From: an uncultured Chroococcidiopsis sp.
GTDB taxonomy: Bacteria; Cyanobacteriota; Cyanobacteriia; Cyanobacteriales; Chroococcidiopsidaceae
Assembly: GCA_964248365.1 (NCBI GenBank)
Contig: CAXTYC010000024.1
Location: 1 to 64,000, forward strand
Length of the DNA stretch: 64,000 bases
Direction: 5' to 3'
This document shows positions 24,471 to 35,511 of the stretch, piece by piece. The notes beneath the pieces were generated by a model that was not told where the DNA came from, made no database searches, and saw only the letters and a program-made list of their open reading frames with translations. Positions within the stretch are counted from its first letter, which is position 1. Each line of letters begins with the position of its first letter. Made by a program: the position numbers and the translations under genes.

Positions 24471-25049
24471 GTGCAGTCTATGAACGCCATCACTTTGAAA
24501 ATCCCTCATTTGACAGCAAAAGGCTTTGACGAACTTTGCCATGCTAACCAAGATTTGCGGCTTGAACGTGCTGCGACGGGAGAAGTCATTGTTATGCCTC
24601 CAACATACTCATGGACAGGTAAGCAAAATTCTGGACTTATAGGTCAACTTTGGGCTTGGAATGACTCGATAGGCTTGGGTATTGTCTTTGATTCCTCCAC
24701 AGGCTTTACACTACCTAATAGAGCTGTGCGATCGCCCGATGGTTCTTGGGTGAGTAATGAACGCTGGGAGGCTTTAACAGAAACTCAACAAAAGGAAGAG
24801 TTTTCCCCTATAGCGCCTGATTTTGTAGTCGAGTTACGCGAGCAAAGTGACTCGCTCAAAAACTTGCAAGAAAAAATGCAAGAATACATCGACAACGGTG
24901 TACGTTTAGGCTGGCTGATTGACTCTAAAACCAAAACTGTGGAAATTCACCGTCTAGGGCGAGATGTAGAGGTGTTGCAGCATCCTACAACTTTATCAGG
25001 TGAGGATGTACTGCCACAATTTGAGTTGAATTTGAATAAGGTTTGGTAA
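24471..25049 (+). CDS. Uma2-family endonuclease
   Basis: FDSSTGFTLPN, RSPDGSW, APDFVVEL and EYIDNGVRLGWLID. Confidence 0.88.
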   Translation: MQSMNAITLKIPHLTAKGFDELCHANQDLRLERAATGEVIVMPPTYSWTGKQNSGLIGQLWAWNDSIGLGIVFDSSTGFTLPNRAVRSPDGSWVSNERWEALTETQQKEEFSPIAPDFVVELREQSDSLKNLQEKMQEYIDNGVRLGWLIDSKTKTVEIHRLGRDVEVLQHPTTLSGEDVLPQFELNLNKVW

Positions 25050-25054
25050 AGTCT

Positions 25055-25537
25055 TTAAGCAATATCAGGCGGTATTTGGTTGAAAGGCGAATTTTGTCTA
25101 GACGATTGTTGTAGCTGCAATTGAATTAAGTTTTGCAGATCAACACGGCGGATTTCAATTCCAGTATTTGAATCCCCAGGTGTATCAAAGAAGATGACAC
25201 TATCAACGCTTTCTAAGGCAAATAGTTGAAACAAAATGTGAGTAATAGGAATAGGTACAGCAACCACCTGTGGATCTTCAGCTTCCCTTGCGGCTGAGAC
25301 ATCTTTGAGAGTGGGAAAAGCGTAAATAACACACTTGGTATTTTGGCGGTTTGCTCTTTCGCTCAACGTGGTAACAACCCAGTCTTGATCTAGGCTTTGC
25401 AGGATATAGTACTGCAAATGACGTAACTTGGCTGCCAGCAACTTGAGTGGGGGCGCGATCGCTGCTACTACTTGCGGTGTTACCTGATCTGGGGGTGCAT
25501 TGTCAATTAGGACTTGAATTTGTTCGTCTAAATCCAT
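25055..25537 (-). CDS. Conserved cyanobacterial hypothetical protein
   Basis: 160-aa ORF with ATG start and typical composition. Confidence 0.75.
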   Translation of the reverse strand: MDLDEQIQVLIDNAPPDQVTPQVVAAIAPPLKLLAAKLRHLQYYILQSLDQDWVVTTLSERANRQNTKCVIYAFPTLKDVSAAREAEDPQVVAVPIPITHILFQLFALESVDSVIFFDTPGDSNTGIEIRRVDLQNLIQLQLQQSSRQNSPFNQIPPDIA

Positions 25538-25605
25538 ACTGACTCTTAAAAAGCTGCTTTCCTCCCCAGTCTAGCCGAATCTGAGCAAGCAATTGAAAAT
25601 AAAAA

Positions 25606-25687
25606 TGCGGATGAAAGGACTTGAACCTTCACTCCTCTCGGAACTAGAACCTAAATCTAGCGCGTCTGCCAATTCCGCCACATCCGC
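25606..25687 (-). tRNA. trnL: tRNA-Leu (anticodon TAG)
   Basis: GCGGATGTGGCGGAATTGGCAGACGCG-CTAGA TTTAGGT TCTAG, long variable arm, GGTTCAAGTCC...CATCCGCA; CCA not encoded. Confidence 0.96.
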
Positions 25688-25774
25688 TTGTCGGCTTTAC
25701 TATGATAGCAGAGACACAAGCGAAAGAATTGCTATGTTTGGAAAAAAGTTTTTTGATTTTTAATGGAGGTTATG

Positions 25775-26335
25775 ATGTCTGTACAACTGCCCCGCCGACG
25801 ATTTACGGTAAAAGACTACTACAATATGGCAAAGGCAGGTATCCTTACAGAGGATGAGCGAGCTTGTGCTGATAGATGGAGAGATCATTGAAATGTCGCC
25901 TATTGGTAGATTCCATGCAGCACAAGTAAAGCGCTTAAACAAACTATTTCTTTTGCTGCTAGGCGATCGCGTCTTGGTGGGTGTGCAACATCCTATTGAA
26001 TTAAGCGCGCGTCTCACAACCCCAACCCGACTTAACATTACTTCAAAATAGCGATGATTTCTACGCCACCAGACATCCTCAGCTAGACGATATATTGTTA
26101 TTAGTAGAAGTAGCAGACACCACTGTTGAATTTGACCGCCAGGTGAAAATTCCTCTTTGGCTAGAAGTCAACTTTCTGAAGTTTGGTTAGTAAATATTAA
26201 TGAACAATCTATAGAAGTTTACCCCAACCTGCAACTAATGGTTATGGAAATGTACAGAGTTTCCAGCGTGGTCAGAGTTTCTCCTTGTCAGCTTTTCCTG
26301 ATATTACTGTAACTGTCGAAATGTTGCGATTATAG
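25775..26335 (+). pseudogene. Uma2-family endonuclease, multiply frameshifted
   Basis: Across frames: MSVQLPRRRFTVKDYYNM, LIDGEIIEMSPIG, ILLLVEVADTTVEFDRQVKIPL. Confidence 0.8.
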
Positions 26336-26746
26336 GTGTGCGACAGCGAGTTTATAACTTATGTACATATCTATAGAACTGCGCTTTATATAAAAATCTA
26401 TCTAACATTTTTAATTTTTTAAATATAATTTTTATCATGTATTTTAGTTTAAGAATAACTGTATTTTTAATATTCCGTTTTTTACCAACAATCATAATTG
26501 AGTAGGTTTTAATTTTAAAGTATAGGTTGTAATATTTTTTATTATTTAACCTATTATTTAAAATAAACTTAATAAAGATATTTTGAGAAGTATAATATTT
26601 AAATTACTTGTCTAGCATAAGCAGAGAGTTAAAAGCAAATGTTAAGCTAATATGCTATAATTGTATGACTTTCTGCCAATAAAATTGGTCATATAAATGA
26701 TATTTAGTAGTATAATTGCATTATAAAAACGTGGCATGAGAGAATT

Positions 26747-27859
26747 ATGGATTTGAATCGAAAACCTTACTACCAAACTGCTTTTGGTAGTGCATATTTA
26801 GGAAACAGCTTAGATTTAATGGCAGAAATTCCAGATGAAAGCATTGATCTAATCTGCACTTCACCACCCTTTGCACTAGTACGTAAAAAAGAGTATGGCA
26901 ACGTTGAGGCGGAGCAATACGTAGAATGGTTTAAAGATTTTGCTGCACATTTTTATCGGATTTTAAAGCCAACTGGTTCACTCGTTATTGATATTGGTGG
27001 AAGCTGGATTAAAGGTTATCCAATCCGCTCACTCTATCACTTTGAACTAGTTATCAATCTTTGTAAACCCAAAAATAAAGGTGGACTCGGCTTCTATTTA
27101 GCTCAAGAATTGTATTGGTATAATCCTGCCAAACTACCTACTCCTGCCCAATGGGTTACGGTGCGAAGAGAAAGAGTTAAGGATGCTGTCAATACTGTTT
27201 GGTGGCTTTCTAAAGATCCTCACCCAAAAGCCAACAATAGAAAAGTATTAAAGCCCTACAGTAATGCAATGAAAAATCTGTTAAAAAATGGATATAAAGC
27301 AAAACTGCGACCCTCTGGGCATGATATTTCTAGTAAATTCCAACAAGATAGAGGAGGTGCTATCCCCCCAAACATTATTGATGCAAGAGAAAATAAAGAT
27401 AATACACAAATAGGCGATCCTATTGTGTGCAGTGTAGAAAGCCTAAATAATGAAGAGATGATACAACAGGGCAATGTTATTTCGGCTTCTAATACTGCTT
27501 CAAATGATTATTATCAGAGAAGATGTAAACAAGAGGGTCTGAAGCCACATCCTGCAAGGTTTCCTCAAGCTTTACCTGAATTTGTAATTAATATGTGTAC
27601 TGATATAGGAGATTTGGTTTTAGATCCCTTCGCTGGTTCTAATATGACTGGTCGAGTTGCAGAAACATTACAAAGGCGTTGGCTAGCTTTTGAAATTGAT
27701 GAACAATATATTGTAACTTCAAAATTAAGATTTGAGGAAAATGCCCCTCTTGTTGTTGTCGCTGTAGATTTAACTGGTCAAGGTACTTCAGAGCCTTTAG
27801 CAGAAAGCGACTTATCAGAAATACCAATTCTTAAACAACACCTGTCTGGGGAAAACTAA
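26747..27859 (+). CDS. Site-specific DNA methyltransferase, beta class (N4-cytosine type, PvuII-like motifs)
   Basis: TSPPF motif IV near the N-terminus; HPARFP and DPFAGS motif I near the C-terminus. Confidence 0.92.
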   Translation: MDLNRKPYYQTAFGSAYLGNSLDLMAEIPDESIDLICTSPPFALVRKKEYGNVEAEQYVEWFKDFAAHFYRILKPTGSLVIDIGGSWIKGYPIRSLYHFELVINLCKPKNKGGLGFYLAQELYWYNPAKLPTPAQWVTVRRERVKDAVNTVWWLSKDPHPKANNRKVLKPYSNAMKNLLKNGYKAKLRPSGHDISSKFQQDRGGAIPPNIIDARENKDNTQIGDPIVCSVESLNNEEMIQQGNVISASNTASNDYYQRRCKQEGLKPHPARFPQALPEFVINMCTDIGDLVLDPFAGSNMTGRVAETLQRRWLAFEIDEQYIVTSKLRFEENAPLVVVAVDLTGQGTSEPLAESDLSEIPILKQHLSGEN

Positions 27860-27912
27860 TTATGAAACAGCTAGGCTGCTGATTTTAGATTAATAAAACT
27901 TCAAATAGGGAT

Positions 27913-29328
27913 ATGGAAACTAGAAATCTGAAAAAATTTACTTATGGTCATTAGTTTGAAGTTGAAAATTTTTATTTAAAAGAAATAATACGTCTCTGCA
28001 AAGAATGTGAGCCAGAGAGGAATACACTAGAAGCGGGGATAGCAGAACGATATTTTTCTAGGCATTCAAAACATACAGATTATACGCAGGCATCTGCAAA
28101 CATTAGAAAGCTAGCAATGAATTGTTTTTTGTCTCTAAGAGCCTACCAGCTTATTGAAGATATACAAGGAGAACGCCAGTATAGAGTTACTGATTTAGCA
28201 GATAAAATTCTCAAGATTACGGACAATAATGAAGTTTCTCGGCTCTTTGCTGCTTATATACTAACTAATTTATCAGGAATGTCACTCTTAAAAGCTATAG
28301 AGGCAATCAATACTAGACGAGAAAAACCACAGCTAGAAACAATAGCGTATGAATTACAAGAGATGGGTTTCTCAATCTCACCAAATTCTATATATATTAG
28401 TACAATGAGAAGCAAAGCTAGCTTTGGCAGGAGTGGTTGAAGGGGAGTATGAAATAAATTGGGATGTAGTTTACGAAATTCTTGGATTAAACAAAGATTT
28501 TATAGATGAACTCTATACTCTAATACCCGCCCAAAAGCATTTTTTATTGAGCTTATTAAGTCTAGATGTAAAAGAGTTTACCCCTTGGAATAAAGTTGCT
28601 GAGCATACGCGAAGTATATATAAAATTAAACTTACCGCTAAAACTTTTGTTAAAGACATTATAGAACCAATTGTCAAGGCTAATCTGATTGAAACAGAGA
28701 AAAGCACAGAGGGTAGAGGCGCAAAGCCAAAGCAAATCAAGCTCAGATATCTGAAACTGAACTTAATCGTAGCTTTAGTGATGTAGTTAATGATTTTACT
28801 CATGAAGATAAACACATTAAAGGTAAGGCACTAGAGCTTTTAGCAATATGGATGATTCGCTTAACTAGTTTACGTTTTACAAAATGGAGAAGTAGAGAGG
28901 ATGGTAAGGGCGAAGTTGATGTCCTTGCCGCCTCAGATAGATTTGTTTATCATAGATGGCAAATTCAATGTAAAAATACAAAAAAAGTTGACATAGATGT
29001 TCTGGCAAAAGAAGTTGGTTTAACCTTTGTTACTGGTGCAGACGTAGTTATGGTAGTTACTACTGGAGAATTTACAAGAGATGCTTACCAGTATGCCTAT
29101 CGTATGATGGAAGTTTCTTGTTACTATATGATTCTTCTTCAAAGAGATGATATTGAGGCTATTAAACAAGATAAAACTAATATTATTGAAATCCTAGACA
29201 GAAAAGCTAGAAGAGTTTTTGCCAAGAAAGAGCTTAGTATCTCTAATGAAGAAATAGACGAAATTGAGTACGAAGAGGATACTGTTATTAACAGTAATAT
29301 AACAAATGGTCTAGATGAATTGGAATAA
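27913..29328 (+). pseudogene. Restriction endonuclease (C-terminal Mrr-like D...QxK domain), inactivated
   Basis: ATG 27913, in-frame TAG 27952-27954, frame breaks near 28410-28440 and 28740-28790. C-terminal KGKALE...EVDV...QIQCKN. Confidence 0.75.
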
Positions 29329-29456
29329 AAAATAGTGGGTGCGTTCACTATCGCCTTGCAATTTCTGCTCTTGCAATTCGCACATAAACATCGAGCTGCA
29401 TTACTTTTGTATCTGATACACAATTAGAGTCGCTCAATGTTTTAATACAGCACCTA

Positions 29457-29780
29457 CTACCTCTTTTGAATTATTTCACTGGGAGGGAGAGTTTCACAAG
29501 CGATCGCAAACAAATCTGTAGTTGCCAGCGGCTTACCCGTAACTGGATGGATCATGTACCCCGTCGCCGCCAGAATAGCCAACGTGTTCCACTTGGGTTC
29601 AGTATTCCCTCTTTCCAATTCACTAATCGTAGCTCGGCTGACTGTGAAGCCCGTCACCCTGTTTATCTCTACAAACAGATCGTCCATCGACCAGCTTTTA
29701 GCTGTTCTGAAATGCTTCAGGACTTGCCCCAAATCTTTTCTGCCTTTGTCGGTAATCAGGCAAACTGTTTCAACGGACAT
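29457..29780 (-). CDS. XRE-family helix-turn-helix regulator
   Basis: LKHFR...VSRATISELERGNTEPK HTH signature. Confidence 0.8.
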   Translation of the reverse strand: MSVETVCLITDKGRKDLGQVLKHFRTAKSWSMDDLFVEINRVTGFTVSRATISELERGNTEPKWNTLAILAATGYMIHPVTGKPLATTDLFAIACETLPPSEIIQKR

Positions 29781-29909
29781 AATATCTCTTGGCTCTATGT
29801 CTATTGTATAACACGTTGGATAAAAATAGCTTGCCTAACTCTTGTTATATTATATGCTATATGCTATATTGAAATAAACCATTTTGAAATAGCAATCAAG
29901 AGGTGTCAG

Positions 29910-30527
29910 ATGTCCACTTGCCTAATTGAACTGATTAAGCCCTACATCGAATCAATTAACCTGGAGGAAGTGGCGGCACATCTGAAAGTAGGCGTTGGGG
30001 ATATTCTCAAAAGTGAGTTTTGGGCGTTTGCCTTGTGGTTCAAGGTAAGTGGTAGGGGTGGAGTGTTAGTTAGTCCTCGGAAAATGTCATTTTGGCTAGT
30101 AGCAATCAAAAAAGCGATTCAAGCTTGCCTCGATTTGGAAAGTATAGAAAAACTCAAAACTGCCCTGGAAGTAGAATTTTTAAGGGTAGGCATCCGCTCA
30201 AAGCAACAACAGATATATTCCGAGCCAGTTGTCGCGCAATTACGGCAGCTAGTAACGCAAAGATTTCGACAGATTGAAATAGAAACGGCGGCGTGTCGTC
30301 AAGCACAAGCCTTAACAGAATCTTATAAACCGATAATTAAACAGTGTGGAGATCAAGAATCTCTGGATGCGGTAGCACAGCTAATCAGGAAAAATAACTC
30401 CTTTTTTGCGCCATTTCCCCACCTGCTGCAACAACTGCGACAAGTTTGGGCGCGGCGGCGCTCTGAAATTGGGGGTAAGGGTGGGTTGATTAGCCAGATA
30501 ACTGTAGGGGCGGGTTATCTGCCATGA
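29910..30527 (+). CDS. Hypothetical protein divergent from the XRE regulator
   Basis: ATG 29910 with GAGGTG RBS. The longer ORF from 29466 is antisense to the XRE gene. Confidence 0.6.
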   Translation: MSTCLIELIKPYIESINLEEVAAHLKVGVGDILKSEFWAFALWFKVSGRGGVLVSPRKMSFWLVAIKKAIQACLDLESIEKLKTALEVEFLRVGIRSKQQQIYSEPVVAQLRQLVTQRFRQIEIETAACRQAQALTESYKPIIKQCGDQESLDAVAQLIRKNNSFFAPFPHLLQQLRQVWARRRSEIGGKGGLISQITVGAGYLP

Positions 30528-30570
30528 TTGTCACACAATTCAAGGTCAAACCTGCCCCTAAGCTTTTATC

Positions 30571-30855
30571 CTACGACTCGACTTTTACACCTCGCCAGAA
30601 AGCAATATAACCCTCAATATTTTTGGCTTTCTCCTTAGCTGTAGGATAGTACCAAGCAGCATCCTTATTAACTTGCCCATCGACTTGGATGTTGTAGTAG
30701 CTAGCAACTCCTTTCCAGGGACAAGTTGTGTGGGTGGAGGATTCTTGGAAATACTGCTGATTGATAGTTTCAGGTGGAAAGTAATGATTGCCTTCCACAA
30801 CGACGGTGCGATCGCTTTGGGCTATAACCGTTCCATTCCAGATTGCTTTTGCCAT
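30571..30855 (-). CDS. DUF427 domain protein
   Basis: VEGNHYFP and CPWKGVASYY motifs. Confidence 0.9.
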   Translation of the reverse strand: MAKAIWNGTVIAQSDRTVVVEGNHYFPPETINQQYFQESSTHTTCPWKGVASYYNIQVDGQVNKDAAWYYPTAKEKAKNIEGYIAFWRGVKVES

Positions 30856-30908
30856 AAGTTGCAACAGATGAGACTTTCTATATATCTATTATTAATTGGG
30901 CGTTTGAA

Positions 30909-31442
30909 TTAATCTGACTCATACTCGGTATCATCGAGATAATAAGATGGCGGTGATTTGAGACGATTTTTTTCTAAATTTGTTAATGCCTCTGTGTTTG
31001 CTTCCCCATTGCCTGGGTACAGATGCATTGCCTGCCTTTGATTAGGTGGAAGACGATCAATACTGCGGCGATTGGATGGCGAACGGGTAAAGGTTTTCCA
31101 GGCTGCTTTCACCCCAGTTAAAATGCTCTTGGTGTTGACTTGAATATTTTGAGTTTGTTGCTTAGCTTGTTCCAGGCTTTGATCGACTTTTTTAACTACT
31201 TGCCCAGCACTTTGGACACCCTCACTGACATCATCAGTTAACTGGGTGATTTCCAAGCCAGTTAGACGGATAGCATCTAAAGTAGGTGGTAAATCTCGCC
31301 TGAGAGTATCAAATAACTTTTCAGCACTACGAGCTGCCCGTGCTAACTCTTGTATTGCTGGCAAGGCAGCCACCAACACCGCCGTCAGACTAACAGCGAC
31401 TAGTAGAATAGACAGTCCGAGCCAAAACAGGGGATCAATCAC
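30909..31442 (-). CDS. DUF948-like membrane-anchored protein
   Basis: MIDPLFWLGLS TM segment and ELARAARSAEKLFDTL coiled coil. Confidence 0.75.
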   Translation of the reverse strand: MIDPLFWLGLSILLVAVSLTAVLVAALPAIQELARAARSAEKLFDTLRRDLPPTLDAIRLTGLEITQLTDDVSEGVQSAGQVVKKVDQSLEQAKQQTQNIQVNTKSILTGVKAAWKTFTRSPSNRRSIDRLPPNQRQAMHLYPGNGEANTEALTNLEKNRLKSPPSYYLDDTEYESD

Positions 31443-31453
31443 GACAAAGGAAC

Positions 31454-31804
31454 CTATAAGCGATCGCTTAGAGTTGGATGAGATTCGGGGGGAAGCTCAG
31501 CACTTTGCCGCTTGAGTACTTGACGTTCTTGCCCACTAGCTTCTATCCCAGCAGCTAGAGCCTCCCTTAATCGCTCTAGCGTCTCATCCCAACTGCGTAG
31601 AGCCGATTCTGAAAGGCGATCTGCCTGTAGCTGCACACTTGTCGATAAATCCTCTGCCAATTCTGGTAGGGCGTCGGCAGATTTTTTTAAGATCTGCCGC
31701 GTTTCTCGACCTGAGCGCGGAGCCATGAGCAATCCGGTAAGAGTCCCAACGGCAGCACCTAGTAATACACCGCCAATAAATACTCCTGAACGGTTGTTAG
31801 ACAT
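31454..31804 (-). CDS. YtxH domain protein
   Basis: FIGGVLLGAAVG...LLMAPRSGRETR motif. Confidence 0.88.
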   Translation of the reverse strand: MSNNRSGVFIGGVLLGAAVGTLTGLLMAPRSGRETRQILKKSADALPELAEDLSTSVQLQADRLSESALRSWDETLERLREALAAGIEASGQERQVLKRQSAELPPESHPTLSDRL

Positions 31805-31922
31805 ATGCGGGGTTTTCTCCTTACACCCATTGTAGGCAGGTTTTAACCCCTTGTCAGACGATGCCATTAATGCACCACGTTTTGCTTACCATACCACGCA
31901 CGGAGTTACCTTTATCATTTGG

Positions 31923-32243
31923 TTAAAGGCGGCTTCTGATTAATGTGGATGGGCGGAGGCGCTGCCAAGCTTGTCGTCCGAGAACAAGGAGAGATAAAAC
32001 CTGTCGTACTTGTTGCAGTTGTAATTGTAACGGTTCATTACCCTGTCGCAGTCGATAAATTCCTGCTTGACCTAAAAAAATAGAATTAGGAGCGCCCCAC
32101 AAAACGGCATGGGTACTACGTTCAATCGCACTTAAAGTATTTGCTACTCGTGCCAGTCGCTGCCTCAAAAGCCTAAGCCGCCACGCTACATAGAGAAGCA
32201 TCAAGGCTATGGCTAAGTTAATAACTACAACGACCGTCACCAT
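31923..32243 (-). CDS. Hypothetical membrane protein
   Basis: N-terminal TM segment; co-oriented with ytxH. Confidence 0.65.
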   Translation of the reverse strand: MVTVVVVINLAIALMLLYVAWRLRLLRQRLARVANTLSAIERSTHAVLWGAPNSIFLGQAGIYRLRQGNEPLQLQLQQVRQVLSLLVLGRQAWQRLRPSTLIRSRL

Positions 32244-32383
32244 AGGGGCAACTCCCTCCCAACTCAAATTATATTTTAATCAACCACTGATAACATTTTG
32301 ATATTAAACAGCTATACATCGTTGGGCTGAAGATTTTTAGTAGAAACACAATAATTTCATCCCCAGGGAGCAAGAACACAGCA

Positions 32384-33925
32384 TCAAATTACAGATTTAA
32401 GTTTTTGGGCTGCTTCGTTGAGTAGCCCAGTGCTGACTTTAACTTGAGTAATACCACTAGCAGTTTCACTCGCCCCTAAATTGAGCGCGTTCATTGCTGT
32501 CACCACCTGTTGTATGGCACAAGCTTGTTGATCCGCATTGAGAGCGATTTGTTGGGTGTTGAGATAAACATTATTGATCGAATCGGCAACACCTGAGAAC
32601 TTTTCGGCTGTCTGGTAAGTCAACTTCATTCCAGAGTCTACTGTTTTAGTACCTTCATCTGCTACCATCACGGTGGTATTGATTGCCGCCCCAATATCGG
32701 CGACTAAGGCACTAATTTCCTGAGCCGATTTTTTGCTTTGATCAGCAAGTTTACGAATTTCACTAGCAACAACACCGAATCCCTTGCCATGTTCGCCAGC
32801 ACGAACTGCTTCTACTGCTGCGTTGAGTGCTAGCATATTCGTTTGGTTAGCTAAGTCTCCGACTAATCCAGAAATACCACCAATTTGATTGGTCTGTTCG
32901 CTCAGACGTAGAATCTGCTCAGCAAGTGCGCCAACTTTCTCTTTGAGCGTGGACATTCCCTCGATAGTTTCTTGGACGGCAAAAGTGCCTTCTTCAGCTA
33001 GAGATAATGCCATCCGCGCTCCCTGTGCTGAAGCTTCGGCTTGGAGGGCTGATTGACGCGAAGATGCATCTAGCTCATCCATAGTAGTAGTAGTTTGATT
33101 GACTGAACTAGCTTGCATTGTAATTGTACGTTCTTGCTCCTCTAGGGTAGTAGCAATTTCATTGGAACTTGTAGAGATAGCTATTCCAGCATCGTTAATT
33201 GCCTGAATATACCGTTTCATCATCCGCAGTACAGCTATCCAAGCAAACAGTAAAATTCCCAGAGTTACCCCAATTATCACGAGCGCTGAAAATGCCTGCT
33301 GAGATCTTGCCTTGATATTTGCTTCCACATACTTCTTCAAAGCAGTTGTAGCCTCTGACAATCCTTGGGAATAAATTTTCTTTTGCTTTTCGTACTCAGA
33401 ACTTAGTAGCAAAGATGTTGCCGCTTCGTGATGCCCTTGGTGTACTAAGTCGAATGCTTGTTTCTCCATTTCAACCAATTTATTGTTAGCGGCATTCGTC
33501 TTAGTAAATGCTTCACTTTTAAAGATACTAGGTACAAGTTTCTGGGCTTCAAACAGGGCAGCATCTAATTTTGGTACAAAGTTGAAATAACGTTCTTCCC
33601 ATCGCTTGTTGCTAGTAGTGGCGGCAAGACGAGCGCTAGATGTCAAAACTTCATCTAGATAAGTAATTTCATTACTCAAGTCCTGAATTCGCAAATCTTG
33701 AGAGGATATCTTTTTAAAAGCGCTGTACAAATCCCAAACGTACCACCCCATACCTGCACATAGAAAAATAGTAAGAGTTAAGGGAATCAGGAGGATATTG
33801 AGGCGACGTGAACCGTTAGAGGAAGTTTGGTTTTCCAAAAAAGATTTTGGAGTTGGGATGTGTTTTCCTTTAAACTTTTGAGTCATAACTTGCTTTGATA
33901 TGGGTAGGCTCTTTGGGTTCGACAA
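32384..33925 (-). CDS. Methyl-accepting chemotaxis protein
   Basis: Two TM segments; [34 protein letters not shown]. True start may be downstream. Confidence 0.93.
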   Translation of the reverse strand: MSNPKSLPISKQVMTQKFKGKHIPTPKSFLENQTSSNGSRRLNILLIPLTLTIFLCAGMGWYVWDLYSAFKKISSQDLRIQDLSNEITYLDEVLTSSARLAATTSNKRWEERYFNFVPKLDAALFEAQKLVPSIFKSEAFTKTNAANNKLVEMEKQAFDLVHQGHHEAATSLLLSSEYEKQKKIYSQGLSEATTALKKYVEANIKARSQQAFSALVIIGVTLGILLFAWIAVLRMMKRYIQAINDAGIAISTSSNEIATTLEEQERTITMQASSVNQTTTTMDELDASSRQSALQAEASAQGARMALSLAEEGTFAVQETIEGMSTLKEKVGALAEQILRLSEQTNQIGGISGLVGDLANQTNMLALNAAVEAVRAGEHGKGFGVVASEIRKLADQSKKSAQEISALVADIGAAINTTVMVADEGTKTVDSGMKLTYQTAEKFSGVADSINNVYLNTQQIALNADQQACAIQQVVTAMNALNLGASETASGITQVKVSTGLLNEAAQKLKSVI

Positions 33926-34118
33926 TTTAACTAGAAAGTTTTAGTCCAAAACATGGGATAACGTGGAACGCACATTATGTATAGCGTTCATCCCTGACAA
34001 AATCTAGTATTCCCAAGATTTACACAAGATTTACAAACGAGTAACTAATCTTGGCTATTTATGTTGCCAAAAATTATTTAAATACTGCTTGACTTCTGCT
34101 ACAAATTGTATATATTTT

Positions 34119-34288
34119 CAGATCTTGCGCCTACCCGATGACCCGCCTGCAAATTAATTTGCACGAACCAATAGCGAAAGTCCTCTCTCGAGAGGACTGG
34201 CAAACACATCTAGTCTACCAATGTGAATTTAAGCTTAAGCTACGGAAATTTATTTGCTTGCTGGTAGGAGCGTTAGTGTAAGATATGA
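34119..34288. repeat. Multi-hairpin REPIN/MITE-like element
   Basis: AGATCTTGCGC...GTGTAAGATAT ends; internal hairpins TGCAAATT/AATTTGCA and AGTCCTCTC/GAGAGGACT. Confidence 0.55.
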
Positions 34289-34457
34289 ATATTGCTTTTT
34301 AAAATTTTTGCAACGCCGATTAGCCCAAGCCTTCTTTTGAAGCTTCTTAGTCCTTTAGAGACAGACTCCTTTTGCACCTTAGCGACGAGCGCGTCTACTC
34401 TTCGAGAAGCCTCCCTTCGGTCGTCTATGCGCGACAAAAATCCAAAATATAACTGAT

Positions 34458-34766
34458 TTAAGCCAAAAGCTTGTATAAACGAATATCTGGCTCAGACGCT
34501 ATCAAGCCTTCTAATTTGTCTGATGCCGCCTCAATGTGGGGTGAAGCAAGGTGTGTATCGAGAGCAGCCTGAGAAGTCCATTCTTCTACAAAAGTAAAAT
34601 CGGTTGGCTCGGTATGATTTTGCAACAGTTGATATTGAATGCAGCCATCTTCGGCGCGTGTTGGCTCGATTAATTCCATGAGGATCGCTCTTACCTCCTC
34701 TACATTTTCAGGCATAGCGACAACACGAGCAACGACGCGAACGGTTTGATTAGTCATTTCACCCAA
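34458..34766 (-). CDS. ABM-domain putative quinol monooxygenase
   Basis: TRAEDGCIQYQL and FVEEWTSQAALDTH motifs. Confidence 0.88.
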   Translation of the reverse strand: MGEMTNQTVRVVARVVAMPENVEEVRAILMELIEPTRAEDGCIQYQLLQNHTEPTDFTFVEEWTSQAALDTHLASPHIEAASDKLEGLIASEPDIRLYKLLA

Positions 34767-34872
34767 TAATTAATAAAATAAAACTGTTGCCATTGTAAGG
34801 GCTGGTTTATTCGAGGTATCTGTAGAACATCAAAATTATCAATAAACCAGCCCGTACCCACGTCATAATAAT

Positions 34873-35511
34873 TTAGAATTTAGAATTTATCTGACGAGCT
34901 GCTACCTGGTAACGAAAGATGTATTCTACCAACTCTATGTAATTACGTGCGGCGGGGAGTGAAGATCCCCAAACAGTGATGCCGTGATCTCGGATGAGCA
35001 AAGCTGGTATTCTAGGGGGAGTAGTGCAAAAGCGATCGCTAATTTCGGCTGCAATCCTGGGAACTTCTAGATGGTTCTCAAACACAGGCATTCCTACCTG
35101 TGGCTTTTCTTCCCACACCCCTAAACCTTTAAGCATTTCTAGAGAAGGCAATGGTAGCTCATCCCCACTCGTAAAGTGAGAGACTAAATTTGCTTCTATT
35201 GAGTGGACATGATAGCAAGCTTGAGCAGAGGGAAATAGATTGTAAATCGTTTGATGAATTATAGTTTCAGCCGAAGGCTTTACGTCAGCAGATGCTTGCT
35301 CTAATACCTTACCGTCAATAGTGACACGGACAAAATCGTTTTCTGTTAATTCACCTTTAGATTTACCACTGGCTGTAATCCAAAAGCTATCGTCGGCTTG
35401 ACGTGCAGACAGATTCCCCGCAGTTCCCACCATCCAGTAATGCTTATAGAAATGACGGGCGGCTTCAATTAGTTCAAAGCGTGGATCTGCTTTCTTTAAT
35501 TCATAATTCAT
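34873..35511 (-). CDS. mtnB: Methylthioribulose-1-phosphate dehydratase
   Basis: GTAGNLS, SAETIIH, HVHS and HGITVWG; ATGA overlap with the mtnX stop. Confidence 0.93.
   Translation of the reverse strand: MNYELKKADPRFELIEAARHFYKHYWMVGTAGNLSARQADDSFWITASGKSKGELTENDFVRVTIDGKVLEQASADVKPSAETIIHQTIYNLFPSAQACYHVHSIEANLVSHFTSGDELPLPSLEMLKGLGVWEEKPQVGMPVFENHLEVPRIAAEISDRFCTTPPRIPALLIRDHGITVWGSSLPAARNYIELVEYIFRYQVAARQINSKF

Noticed and set aside
29457..29780. XRE protein as the R-M controller (C protein)
   Set aside because: It is downstream of and convergent with the endonuclease, not upstream and co-transcribed.
29466..29909. N-terminal 148 codons of the 353-aa ORF
   Set aside because: Largely antisense to the XRE gene; a better start with RBS exists at 29910.
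25606..30527. tRNA-Leu-anchored integrative island
   Set aside because: The R-M region lies on the tRNA 5' side; no integrase or duplicated tRNA 3' end was seen.
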